From an uncultured delta proteobacterium (lineage in GTDB: Bacteria > Myxococcota_A > Polyangia > Polyangiales > Houyiibacteriaceae): 64,000 bases of DNA. The position numbers and the translations under genes were made by a program. The stretch is taken from contig CAVOVB010000011.1 in assembly GCA_963699755.1 (NCBI GenBank), forward strand, positions 29,788 to 93,787. Reading direction: 5' to 3'. Shown one piece after another: positions 48,839 through 58,076 of this stretch; the stretch's first letter is position 1; each line of letters starts with the position of its first letter. Below the pieces are notes generated by a model, which saw only the letters and a list, made by a program, of their open reading frames with translations, did not search any database and was not told the DNA's origin.

Positions 48839-49720
48839 ATGCGGCTACCTGGATTCCACGACGTCAACTCGCTCGACAATCGCGATCCGCAGGTGCTCGA
48901 GCGTTTTGCGGATATTGCGGGACCGATCCTGTGGAAGTGGTTTCGGCCTCGGGTCCGTGGTCTCGACACAATCCCGGACGGCGGTGCTCTTTACGTGTGC
49001 AACCACAGTGGTGGTTTCATGACACCCGACACATGGATCCTGGCAGTCGCCCTGATACGCGAGCGTGGGATTGACGACGTCCCGTATGCGCTTGCGCATC
49101 AGGTCGTGATGGAGGCTCCGCTCACGAACCAGATGCTGCCCGCCATGGGTGCGATCGCGGCCAACCCCGAGAATGCGCACCGCGTCTTTGCCGCCGGGCG
49201 CAAGGTGCTCGTCTATCCGGGCGGCGACCTCGATGCCTTTCGACCCTCACGCGACCGCGGTCGCGTCATCTTCGGTCCCCGCCGTGGGTATGTGCGACTC
49301 GCGTTGCGCGAGGGCGTGCCGATCGTCCCCGTCGTCTCGGCGGGTTCTCACGACGTCTGGTGGGTGGTGAGCGACGGGCGGTGGTTGTCGCGCTTGTTGC
49401 GCACACATCGGTTCCTGCGCACGGATGTCCTTCCGATCACCGTGTCGGTGCCGTGGGGACTCACCGTGGGGGCGCCGCCCTTCCTCCCTTTACCCGTGCC
49501 CGTCTTGATCGACGTCCTCGAGCCCATGTACTTCGAGCGCTCCGGACCTGAGGCTGCGGACGACCCAAGCTACGTGGAGCAATGCCATCGGCGCGTGCTC
49601 GGCGCCATGCAGCTCGCGCTGGACCAGCTGATGGAGGACCGGCGCCTCACCCGGCAGAAGCGGCTCCGAGCTGGGCTCCATCGTGCAACTCACCTCTTCT
49701 CACGGGCTCCTCGGAATTGA
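48839..49720 (+). CDS. lysophospholipid/DGAT-type acyltransferase
   Basis: NHSGG..PD, VLVYPGG, GVPIVPV. Confidence 0.88.
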   Translation: MRLPGFHDVNSLDNRDPQVLERFADIAGPILWKWFRPRVRGLDTIPDGGALYVCNHSGGFMTPDTWILAVALIRERGIDDVPYALAHQVVMEAPLTNQMLPAMGAIAANPENAHRVFAAGRKVLVYPGGDLDAFRPSRDRGRVIFGPRRGYVRLALREGVPIVPVVSAGSHDVWWVVSDGRWLSRLLRTHRFLRTDVLPITVSVPWGLTVGAPPFLPLPVPVLIDVLEPMYFERSGPEAADDPSYVEQCHRRVLGAMQLALDQLMEDRRLTRQKRLRAGLHRATHLFSRAPRN

Positions 49721-49748
49721 CGTCCCCTTCAAAGGAAACGAGAGATAG

Positions 49749-50228
49749 CTAGATGCCGCAGACACCCTCGGGGGCCTCGCAATCGATCACGATCTCCCAG
49801 CCGGGGACGTTCGTCACCTCGCGCTCGCAGTAGCATTGTTGGGGGTCAGACGGATCGTAGATGCAGCCGAACGCCGTGAAGCCATCAGTGCAGCCGTCTC
49901 CGCCCGCAAGACAGGTGACGAACTCAGGGGGCTGCTCCAGACACTCCTGTAGGCTCCCCTGCCAAAGCGGGGCTTCTAACGCGAGGCAACCGTCATGCAG
50001 ATTGCATTCCGATTCGCTTAAACCTTCACACGCCAAGCGGAGGGCTTCGCAATCCTCTATCCCGGAGCCGCCGCTGCCCCCAACCCCTGAGTCCATGTCC
50101 GGCGAGGTTTCACCGCACGCAACGCCAATCAGCATTCCGAAGCCAAGGCAAGACGTTGTCCAGCGTGTCACGAGCCTCCGTCGCGGATTGTACACGCGGG
50201 AGACCTTGGGGTTCGCGGGCTGACTCAT
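49749..50228 (-). CDS. Cys-rich lipoprotein
   Basis: Lipobox GVAC, Gly/Ser linker, many Cys. Confidence 0.7.
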   Translation of the reverse strand: MSQPANPKVSRVYNPRRRLVTRWTTSCLGFGMLIGVACGETSPDMDSGVGGSGGSGIEDCEALRLACEGLSESECNLHDGCLALEAPLWQGSLQECLEQPPEFVTCLAGGDGCTDGFTAFGCIYDPSDPQQCYCEREVTNVPGWEIVIDCEAPEGVCGI

Positions 50229-50414
50229 AGTTCTTCCACCATGCCGACGATGATCGATGCCTCCTCAGCACCTCGTCGCCCGCACAATCCTTGATGGTTC
50301 CGCGCTCGCGGTCCCGCTAGCGTGCCCCAATACGTCACTTACTGCACGCTCTGCTCGCGACCGCCAGATCGAAGCGCGGACCGTCGACTGCGGCTGTGGT
50401 ACCTTCAGCCGTTC

Positions 50415-50996
50415 ATGACGCCTTCGACCCCCGAACGCTTTGGCGACTACGAGCTCGTCGAACGACTCGGCGTTGGCGGCATGGCGGAGACGTTTCTGGC
50501 GATTCGGCGCGGGCCGGCGGGCTTCGAGCAGCGCGTTTGTCTCAAGCGAATACTGCCGACATTCGTGCACGACACGGAGTTCGTCGAGATGTTCCTGCGC
50601 GAGGCGCGCCTGTCGGCCCTGCTGCATCATGGACACATCGCGCGGGTGCTCGACTTCGGCATCGTCGGCGGCACGCACTACCTCACGCTCGAGCTGATCG
50701 AGGGGACCGACCTGCGGGCGACCTTGCGCCATCTTCGCTCACGCGGAGAGGCGCTCGACCCGGGGCTCACGTCGTACGTCGCACATGCCGTCGCCTCCGC
50801 CCTCGACTTCGCACATACGGCGGACGACGAGGGACACGCTGCGGGCATCATTCATCGCGATGTGTCTCCTTCCAACGTGCTCCTGAGCGAGGCCGGTGAG
50901 GTGAAGCTCTCCGACTTTGGGATCGCCAAGGCCACCAATCACCCCGGCAGCGTTCAGAGCGGCGCCCTCAAAGGAAAGATCCCCTACATAAACTGA
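50415..50996 (+). pseudogene. Ser/Thr protein kinase, 5' half truncated at subdomain VIII
   Basis: [31 protein letters not shown]; no SPE/APE or C-lobe. Confidence 0.9.
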
Positions 50997-51166
50997 CCGA
51001 CCAGGATCATTGAGAAATCCCCGCAAACAAAGGGGAACCTGTTTCCGGGTGTTGCGTGTCGTTTCTGGTTGTTTCGTGGCGTGTGGGAGAAATTGTGGGA
51101 GTGGTGTTCCGTGCGTTGACCCTTCGTGACGATGTCGCCTGTCAGATTTCCACTGGTCCGAAATCC
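50982..51166 (+). repeat. dispersed element end, copy C
   Basis: CCCTACATAAACTGA...TGTGGGAGAAATTGTGGGAG...TTTCCACTGGTCCGAAATCCC. Confidence 0.92.
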
Positions 51167-51180
51167 CTCAAGTGCTTTGG

Positions 51181-52419
51181 TCATCGGGTCGTCGTCATTG
51201 CGGGCTCGCCAAGGAAGCGCAAGATTTCGTGTTCAACAGTTTTGGGTTGCTCAATCTGCGGCACGTGTCCGCACTCAATGACGATGTTCTCCGCGGAGGG
51301 AAGCGCGTGGCGCACATGCTGCGCGAAGGCCACTGGGACGAGTCGGTCGTTCTTGCCCCAAATGAAAAGGCTCGGTGCGTCCAGACCTGCAAGTCTAGTC
51401 CAGAATCCATTCGTGCCGTCCGGCTCTTCAAGATAGATGTTCCGAACGGCCGAGTAGAACGCCAACCGTCCACCTCGGGTCCTGTGCATTCGCAAGAACT
51501 CATCGACACCCGCCTGTGCCCACCCGCTCCTGGCGCCGGGAATCATCAGTCTCATCGCAGCTCCTACGGCGTCGTTCGGCACGAGTTGGAGCAGCCCGAG
51601 CTCGGGGCGAAGGAGCCGAACAAGAGGAATCCATCCGCGTTTTTGCCGCCAAGCAAGCGAGGGAGACAAGAGCACGAGGCGGTCAACTCGGTCTGGGTGG
51701 CGAAGTCCGAGTTCGATGGCAACTCGGCCCCCGAGGCTGTTGCCCACGATCGACGCGCGCTCGATGCCGAGTGCGTCCATGAGCTCGACTACAGCCCCAC
51801 AGAAGAATGGTGGATCGTAGCGCGCACAGAGCGGCTTGTCCGAATCTCCGAAGCCCGGCAGATCAACAGCGACGACCTCGAATTGGCCAGCGAGCGCCGC
51901 GACCGTCGGGAGGAAAGAGATCTTGGTTGCCCCGAGCCCATGAATCATCAGTACCGGTTCACCGGCGCCCGCCCGCACTACCGACAGCGTTCCGGAAGGT
52001 GTCGACACCCGTTCAAATCGAACGCGTCTGGTGTCGTGAAAACCGCTGGTCGCCGCCAGAATTGCAACGCCCAAGTGAAGATTGTCCCGAACGATGAGGC
52101 GACCAGCCCGGTAAGCGGCCAAACCGCCTCGTGCATTCTGTGCAATCGACAACCACGTGGCCCGATCGGCGATGAGTCGCGCATCGCAAACGCTGCCCCG
52201 GATGGCTCGACGGATCTGAAGTTCCGTGCCGTGAATGGCAATATCCCACTCTCCTTCGTTGACTACGACTGCCCGAATTCGCGCGTTCTGCTCGGAACCA
52301 TCGAGAACCGATGTGTCAAAGCGAGTCGCAAGCGAACCAAGGATCTCTTCCATGGATTCAGTCAACCCCGACTCAGAGGCTTGGGTGGCACCGCCTGTCT
52401 TCGTTTTTTCCTCCGTCAC
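51181..52419 (-). CDS. alpha/beta hydrolase with N-terminal SCP2-like domain
   Basis: HGLG, DLPGFG, GNSLGG, WGKND, CGHVPQIE; N-terminus ends in AGRLIVRDN. Confidence 0.85.
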   Translation of the reverse strand: MTEEKTKTGGATQASESGLTESMEEILGSLATRFDTSVLDGSEQNARIRAVVVNEGEWDIAIHGTELQIRRAIRGSVCDARLIADRATWLSIAQNARGGLAAYRAGRLIVRDNLHLGVAILAATSGFHDTRRVRFERVSTPSGTLSVVRAGAGEPVLMIHGLGATKISFLPTVAALAGQFEVVAVDLPGFGDSDKPLCARYDPPFFCGAVVELMDALGIERASIVGNSLGGRVAIELGLRHPDRVDRLVLLSPSLAWRQKRGWIPLVRLLRPELGLLQLVPNDAVGAAMRLMIPGARSGWAQAGVDEFLRMHRTRGGRLAFYSAVRNIYLEEPDGTNGFWTRLAGLDAPSLFIWGKNDRLVPVAFAQHVRHALPSAENIVIECGHVPQIEQPKTVEHEILRFLGEPAMTTTR

Positions 52420-52639
52420 AGCTGCCCCACTTTCGGATGTCCGAGCGCACTACTTGGTGGCAAAGAAAGCACTAGAATCTTGCGAATGACCGTCACGAAC
52501 TGCCCTGCTGCATCCGCAGACATTTCCATGATCCGTGTTCGCAACTGCGACACGCCGGTAATCAAAGATGAAATCGCCGAGCTAACTCGGGAAAGCCGAG
52601 TGTGCCAGACACGGAGCCATGCCGCAGCCCCCCGAAGCC

Positions 52640-52801
52640 GTCGCAGCCATGACCAACAGGGCGGCACACGCATCGTCTGGACCTACACCTTCGTGTCTGA
52701 CCTCCGCCCTCGCCTATCTGCTCGCCATTCCAATCGTCTGGCTCTTCAGAGAACGGTTGCAACAGGGCCTCGACGCCATCCGCGCGGAGCTTCTGGCTTA
52801 G
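52640..52801 (+). pseudogene. frameshifted SRPBCC-like C-terminal fragment
   Basis: GGTRIVWTYTF then frame change to LAYLLAIPIVWLFRERLQQGLDAIRAEL*. Confidence 0.45.
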
Positions 52802-52855
52802 GTCGGTCTTCATTCGCTGCCGATGCTCCCGAAAGAGAGCTCGGAGACGGCGCGC

Positions 52856-53386
52856 TCAAATCGAGTCGGTGATAACGCTTTCCGGGCGTGGAGCCGCCTC
52901 ACTGCGAAGCCGTGCGACCTGGGCCTCGATGCCCGCTAGACCCTTCTCGAACATCCCGGTGAGGCGCCATCGCAACAGGGGGACCAGTGGCCGGAGGTAT
53001 GGGGCGACGTCAGCTCCCATGAGGTAGGTCACCCTGGTCTGGTCGTTACCAATCGCTTCGAGCCGGGCCTGCTCGACGACGGAGATGATGCCGGGCAGGT
53101 TGGCGTCTAGAACCGTGAACGCCCATCGATGCGGGGGGTCCCAGGCAATGAATCGTTCGTTGACCTTGAACAAGTCGACGTGAATCCAGCGGGTAGCGCC
53201 GACCCCCTGTGCCCGGTCGGAGGTGGTACGGCACTCCTTCGCCGCCGCAAACCAGTCGGGCCAGCGTTCGTTGTCGACGAGCACCGCCCATACCTCTTCC
53301 GGGGTGCCGTTCACGGTCGCGATCGTCGTGATCCGGGTCGAGGCTGCGTCGATGAAGTCGGTATCACGTGGAGTAAGTGTGAACAT
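52856..53386 (-). CDS. SRPBCC (polyketide cyclase-like) protein
   Basis: PEEVWAVL...WPDWF, GVGATR, ERFIAWDP. Confidence 0.85.
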   Translation of the reverse strand: MFTLTPRDTDFIDAASTRITTIATVNGTPEEVWAVLVDNERWPDWFAAAKECRTTSDRAQGVGATRWIHVDLFKVNERFIAWDPPHRWAFTVLDANLPGIISVVEQARLEAIGNDQTRVTYLMGADVAPYLRPLVPLLRWRLTGMFEKGLAGIEAQVARLRSEAAPRPESVITDSI

Positions 53387-53506
53387 GGCTCATCCTAAGA
53401 TCAAAGGCCCTCTTGGGTCACGGAGAAACTAAACCGCCCCGAGATTCCGGGAGACTCGAGATGTTGCGAGGATAGAGCCTCCGGTCACGGCTCGATGACT
53501 CTCCCA

Positions 53507-54342
53507 TCAATGATTGGGTGAAAGCAACGGGTTGAGGGAGTCCACAAGCGCCGCAAGCGCCGCCTGATGAAGTTCGTTCAGCTCCTCCGCGTTCATCCCG
53601 AACTTCAATCGGGCACTCCGGTAGTCAAGTCGATCCCTGTAGAGTGCCAGCAGGACCTCGCGCCGATTTGATTCGGGGAGATGAGCAACGCTATGTTCGA
53701 CGTGTTCCTTTTCGAGAGCGCTTCCGAGAAGCAGCAGTTTCTGTACCGTCTCAATCCCCGCTTGGTGAATGCGGAAGACGCGGGGCCTATCCTTTTGATG
53801 ATTCGGCAGACGTCCATCCGCGACAGACCATCCACGTAGATCAGGCGCAGCACTTCACGTTGCTGTGCATCAGGCAGTCGCTCGATCGCCGCCCGCACCG
53901 CGTTCTTCTCAAGCCGATCGCCGATCGCCGTGAACGGGTCCATGTGAAGCTCATCCGCTCCTTCCTCAACCCTGTCCGCGGCGTACTGTTCGGTGTGCAC
54001 CTCGTGCGCGTTGTGAGCGCGCTTCCGTGCGGTTGCCGCATTCTTCTTCGCCGCGCGGTACACCCCGCGTGGAACGCCCCCCAGGACTTCAACCGCTTCT
54101 TGTACCTTCCGCTGCACGTGCGGGAATGCAAAGGTCATGAACTTGGCCCCCGACCGATGCTTCCGGTCGAACTCCCGATGCGCCTCGAGCAAGCCGAGCC
54201 GCCCCTCGGCGACGCACTCGTTGTGGGCGTCGGTCGAGAGGTCCATGCCGAGGCTCATACGCTTCACGATGCCGTGGACGAGCTCCTCCTGCTGATGCAT
54301 CACGGACGCCGTGTTCTCGACCGCGAGCCGCGGTGCTCGCAT
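53507..54342 (-). pseudogene. sigma70-family (FliA/WhiG-like) factor, frameshifted near 53795, with tandem region-4-like domains
   Basis: EGRLGLLEAHREFD..GAKFMTFA; AIERLPDAQQREVL; shifted frame continues SVAHLPESNRREVL. Confidence 0.7.
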
Positions 54343-54369
54343 CTTCGCACTGCGGCTCGCGGTCGAGAA
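54314..54369. repeat. 23-bp inverted repeat (1 mismatch, 10-nt loop)
   Basis: TTCTCGACCGCGAGCCGCGGTGC / GCACTGCGGCTCGCGGTCGAGAA. Confidence 0.9.
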
Positions 54370-54544
54370 GCTCGAGGCGCTGCGTCCGAAGGCGCTCATA
54401 TCGAGAGAGCGTCCGCTTGGACTGGTCGCACTCGATCCCGAACGGGCCCCATCCTTGGTCTTCTGCGTACTGCATGACCAAGGACGCCACCAAGGACTTC
54501 CCGACGCCGCCCTTGTTCCCGACGATGCAATGAAATTCCTTCAT
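54355..54544 (-). pseudogene. traL: TraL-like P-loop protein, N-terminal fragment
   Basis: HCIVGNKGGVGKSLVASLVMQY...IECDQ..TLSRY; directly after traK. Confidence 0.7.
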
Positions 54545-54548
54545 CTTT

Positions 54549-55004
54549 TCAAATCTCCTCAGACGGAATGAATTCGCGCGGCCGCGAGACCGGCGGCGGA
54601 TAGACCTTCGAAGGGCGCGCCGAATTCGCGATCGCTGCAGCCTTGGGCTTCTGGCCACTGGAGGGTTCGGGCGGGGACGGGGCTCTCGGAACCTGAATTC
54701 CGTTGGTCGCAACGAGTCTTGGGTGCGGCGCGAACAGACCCCCGCCTGCATGGTTGTGATCGCGGCTTGGATTTTCAGGCTCCACCGCACCGGAACGTGG
54801 AAGATTGTGTGTCCGACAATACCGGAGAAACGAGCGATAACAGCCCGGAAAAGCACCCTTTTGCTTCCATTCGATCCAGACGCTCCGCATCGAGCACCCT
54901 GCATTGAGCCAGGCGTTGATTTCATGGAGATGGAGGCGAAACGCCCCGTAGGGCTCGAGCCTCGGCGAGAACTTCGCATGCAAGATCTGGTTCGGTACGT
55001 TCAT
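54549..55004 (-). CDS. traK: TraK-like relaxosome protein
   Basis: AFRLHLHEINAWLNAGCSMRSVW...YRSFLRY plus Pro-rich tail; divergent from traJ across oriT. Confidence 0.7.
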   Translation of the reverse strand: MNVPNQILHAKFSPRLEPYGAFRLHLHEINAWLNAGCSMRSVWIEWKQKGAFPGCYRSFLRYCRTHNLPRSGAVEPENPSRDHNHAGGGLFAPHPRLVATNGIQVPRAPSPPEPSSGQKPKAAAIANSARPSKVYPPPVSRPREFIPSEEI

Positions 55005-55096
55005 CGTGCCTACCCCTGTTATCGGTTTTGCCCCTCCAAATGTTGTCCTGGCTCGTGATCTTTTTTCCGTCGTGCTCGCCGCAGGCGATTGGTCAG

Positions 55097-55146
55097 CGTG
55101 TGACTCTGAGTGCACTCCGTGTGACTTTGAGTGCACTCCGTGTGAC
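55097..55146 (+). repeat. 21-bp direct repeats (about 2.4 copies)
   Basis: CGTGTGACTCTGAGTGCACTC / CGTGTGACTTTGAGTGCACTC / CGTGTGAC. Confidence 0.9.
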
Positions 55147-55164
55147 AGCATGGGACCCAACTTG

Positions 55165-55205
55165 TTGGGGCAAGGGATAGTTTTGTCTGCCAACAAAACT
55201 GCACG
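55165..55205. promoter_or_regulatory. putative IncP-like oriT (nic region and inverted repeat)
   Basis: Minus strand TATCCCTTGC resembles RP4 nic TATCCTGC; adjacent IR AGTTTTGT-N6-ACAAAACT; between traK and traJ. Confidence 0.65.
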
Positions 55206-55320
55206 CGCTACCTTCTCCCGCTAGTCGCGTGCTCGGTTGCGCGAGTTGCGCGCTCAACGCCTTCGGCTTATTCGCGCGCTCAGAACAGACTTCCCTCTAG
55301 ACAACGCGATCGCGATGCCT

Positions 55321-55659
55321 ATGCTCGTACATGTGGGGGAACTGAAGCATCGACTCACCGTGCGGCTTGGAGACGCGCACGTCGCTCAACTCAACGCGCT
55401 CGCAGAAACGAGCGGGCTCAGCCGCAACGATGTGGTTCGTCGCATCCTCTTGAGCCACGACTTACCGACTGCAGAGTCGCTCGAGGAAATCGAGAAGCTC
55501 CAAAGGCTTCAGGGCGAACAGAATCGGCTCGGCGGCCTACTCAAGAAGACGCTGACTGAGCGTCGCAAAAAAGCGGACATTCGACGAACGCTTGCTGAGA
55601 TTGAGAAAACGAGCGCGCACATTCGCGCCGTGATCGATCGCTTGGCCCGGCCGCGATGA
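55321..55659 (+). CDS. TraJ/MobC-like relaxosome accessory protein (start uncertain)
   Basis: RHH (LTVRL...GLSRNDVVRR) and NRLGGLLK; ATGA overlap with relaxase. Confidence 0.75.
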   Translation: MLVHVGELKHRLTVRLGDAHVAQLNALAETSGLSRNDVVRRILLSHDLPTAESLEEIEKLQRLQGEQNRLGGLLKKTLTERRKKADIRRTLAEIEKTSAHIRAVIDRLARPR

Positions 55660-57182
55660 TCATCAAGCCGAAGAAGTGGAACAAGGGGGGCAGGATGTCT
55701 CCGAAGCGCTCGCGTTTTCGCGCGTTAGTGACCTATATGCTCAGGGGTAAAGGCACCGAGCGGTGCACATGGTACTGGGCAGGAAACCTCGAGGGGATCG
55801 ATCGGCAAGAGGATGCGGACGTCGCGATCCATGTGGTGGAGGCGTTTCAGCGCGCGAACACCCGCGTCAAAGGTGACCGGACCTACCACTTGATCATCTC
55901 GCTTCACCCCGGTGACCGTTCGCTCAACGAACGGGAGCTCGAGGTAGTGGTTCGGCGTGCCGTCAACGCGGCCGGACTCGGCGAACATCAGTACATTGCG
56001 GTCCGGCACAGCGACCAGGAGCACGAGCACGTTCACGTTGCGGTCAATCAGATTCATCCGAAGACGCGGAAGATCCACCACCCTTGGCGGGACGTCGAGG
56101 CGTTCAAAGCGTTGGCGAGCGAGCTCGAGGTCGAACTAGGCCTTCACAAGGTCGATCGAAGCGTGAGGCGAGTCGATAGCGATCGGTCCCGCGACTACGA
56201 GTCGGCGCGAGGGGTACAGAGCTTTTCTCGCTGGGCGAGGAGTCGCATCGGCGAGAAGATCGACTTGGAAGGCGCCGCCAACTGGAATGACCTTCACGCG
56301 CGACTGGCGGTGCATGGGGTGCGAGTCGTCAAGCGCGGAAATGGTTTGGCTGTGGTCGACGCAACGCGAGGGGACCTCGCCTGCAAGGCCTCGGCGCTTG
56401 GGCGCCACTGGTCCAAACAAAGGCTCTGTGAGCGCTTCGGAGATTTCGTTGCAGGTCCTACGCCGGACCAAGTGACGACCAAGAGCCGAGAGGCGTATCG
56501 ACCCGAGCCCCTGGGGGCGCTACGTGAGGACGGACTCTGGAGGGAGTACCAGGATGCGCTCAGCGCCTCGCGGACTCGGCGGGACGAACGGCGCGAGGCC
56601 CTGTCATCCAAGCTCGACTCAGCCCGAGTTGCGCATCGACGGCATTTCAAGCTGAGGCATCACGCGATTGCGGCGATGCCGATTCCTGGGCGCGAGAAAC
56701 ACAAATTGTACAAGATGCTTTCGTTCGAGAAAAAGGCTGCCGAGCGCAGACTGAGGACGACGATCAAGGGATGGCGGACCCTCGGCGTCAACACGCACCC
56801 GGGGTCTTGGAAGGAGTTCTTGGCAGCCCGCGCCGGACACGGAGATCAGCGGGCGATCCGACGACTCGCCCGCAAGTCCGGGGGATTGGTGATCAAGAGT
56901 GGCGAGAAGCAGGTTCGCGCCCTCCCGTCTCGCAGCGGGCGCACGAGTCGGGGGAGCATCGTCCACAACCTGCCGAACGGGGTTAGGCTTCGAGAGTGGG
57001 CCGGATCGATCGAGCTCCTCGGCGAGGCCCGCGAGAGTGCGCTCGAGCAACTGGTGAGCGTCGCCAAGCAGAGGTTCGGAACGAAGGAAGTCACGCTCCT
57101 GGGATCGAGGCGCGCACAAGAGCGACTGGCGAAACTGGCTGCCGAGCGAGGGCTGGAAATTGCCGAAGAGCGCCAGCGCTGA
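55656..57182 (+). CDS. traI: MOBP (TraI-like) relaxase
   Basis: ALVTY, YHLIISL, HQYIAVRHSDQEHEHVHVAVNQIHP, KASALGR. Confidence 0.9.
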   Translation: MIIKPKKWNKGGRMSPKRSRFRALVTYMLRGKGTERCTWYWAGNLEGIDRQEDADVAIHVVEAFQRANTRVKGDRTYHLIISLHPGDRSLNERELEVVVRRAVNAAGLGEHQYIAVRHSDQEHEHVHVAVNQIHPKTRKIHHPWRDVEAFKALASELEVELGLHKVDRSVRRVDSDRSRDYESARGVQSFSRWARSRIGEKIDLEGAANWNDLHARLAVHGVRVVKRGNGLAVVDATRGDLACKASALGRHWSKQRLCERFGDFVAGPTPDQVTTKSREAYRPEPLGALREDGLWREYQDALSASRTRRDERREALSSKLDSARVAHRRHFKLRHHAIAAMPIPGREKHKLYKMLSFEKKAAERRLRTTIKGWRTLGVNTHPGSWKEFLAARAGHGDQRAIRRLARKSGGLVIKSGEKQVRALPSRSGRTSRGSIVHNLPNGVRLREWAGSIELLGEARESALEQLVSVAKQRFGTKEVTLLGSRRAQERLAKLAAERGLEIAEERQR

Positions 57183-57277
57183 GGGCTGGGCATGGGGTTA
57201 GTCATCGACTTCGGCGCTTGAAGCCGCCATGGTGAAACTCTAGGTCGCCGTCTGCAGCGGGCGACCGCGCGGACGGC

Positions 57278-57646
57278 ATGAGTTTCAAAGACGGCAGACA
57301 TTCGAATCGGCGACCTCCGAAAGGTACGAACTCCGAGGTTCGCCCCGCTGCTCGAGAAAACGAGCGGCGCCGTGCGGACCGGTGGCATTCAGATGCCGAG
57401 GTGGAGATCTTGTCGCCGATCCAGCAAGTGGCGTCGGCCGTCGACGTAAGCAAGACCGGCATACAGCTCTCACTCGACCACTGGCTCTCCGCGGGGACGG
57501 TGTGTGATCTGCGCATCACGACTCACTCGGGCAGTACGATGCACAAGCGCGTGCGGGTTATATGGACGCGGCGCGAGGGACAAAGCTGCGTGTCTGGATT
57601 GGAAGTAGTGGGGTCGATCGCGCCACACACCTCCAACCAGGAGTGA
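57278..57646 (+). CDS. PilZ domain protein
   Basis: ERRRADR and DVSKTG motifs. Confidence 0.8.
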   Translation: MSFKDGRHSNRRPPKGTNSEVRPAARENERRRADRWHSDAEVEILSPIQQVASAVDVSKTGIQLSLDHWLSAGTVCDLRITTHSGSTMHKRVRVIWTRREGQSCVSGLEVVGSIAPHTSNQE

Positions 57647-57789
57647 TCACGTTGCTCAATACGAAGGCCCCAAAGGACCCGGCGACTGTGAGGGTGAGCT
57701 TCAGCGCGCCCTAGGCCGATTGACGACGGTTCAGCCGTGGGAGCGCCCTACCTGCCCAATGTGGGCTTCGGCTCCTACAGACGCAATAC

Positions 57790-57960
57790 CGACAGCAACA
57801 GAAACCGTCGCGGCGCAGATCCGTCGGGGTGAGGTGACGCCGGTGGTCGACCCGCGCCGTCTGGGCTCGCGAAGGTGTGTCGAAGCACGTGCCACTGGAT
57901 GGTGCGGCCGAGACCTGCCTTTCGGCAGGCGCGACGCAAGGCCCGTTTGATGGCCCCCCT
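57790..57960 (-). pseudogene. tyrosine integrase C-terminal remnant
   Basis: RACRKAGLGRTIQWHVLRHTFAS, then HLTP..LRRD in another frame. Confidence 0.75.
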
Positions 57961-58076
57961 GGCGGACACGGAAAACGCTGACCTCGACCGCGAGCGAAAT
58001 GAACGCGCGACGGACCGTGAATTTGAGTTCTCGGAACTGACCGCTGTTTACGTCGAACGGTAGGATCCTTTTCTTT

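Noticed and set aside
44470..51166. Classical integron attC array
   Set aside because: The repeats lack paired RYYYAAC/GTTRRRY ends with a long hairpin, and no IntI gene is seen.
51172..52872. 566-aa plus-strand ORF
   Set aside because: Antisense shadow of the alpha/beta hydrolase; no recognisable motifs.
55005..55196. N-terminal extension of traK with SHGVHS repeats
   Set aside because: It is the translation of the non-coding 21-bp oriT-side repeats; the start at 55004 has a better RBS.
58030..58062. Possible inverted fourth copy of the repeat core (CGACGTAAACA)
   Set aside because: Only a short partial match, with none of the downstream conserved blocks.
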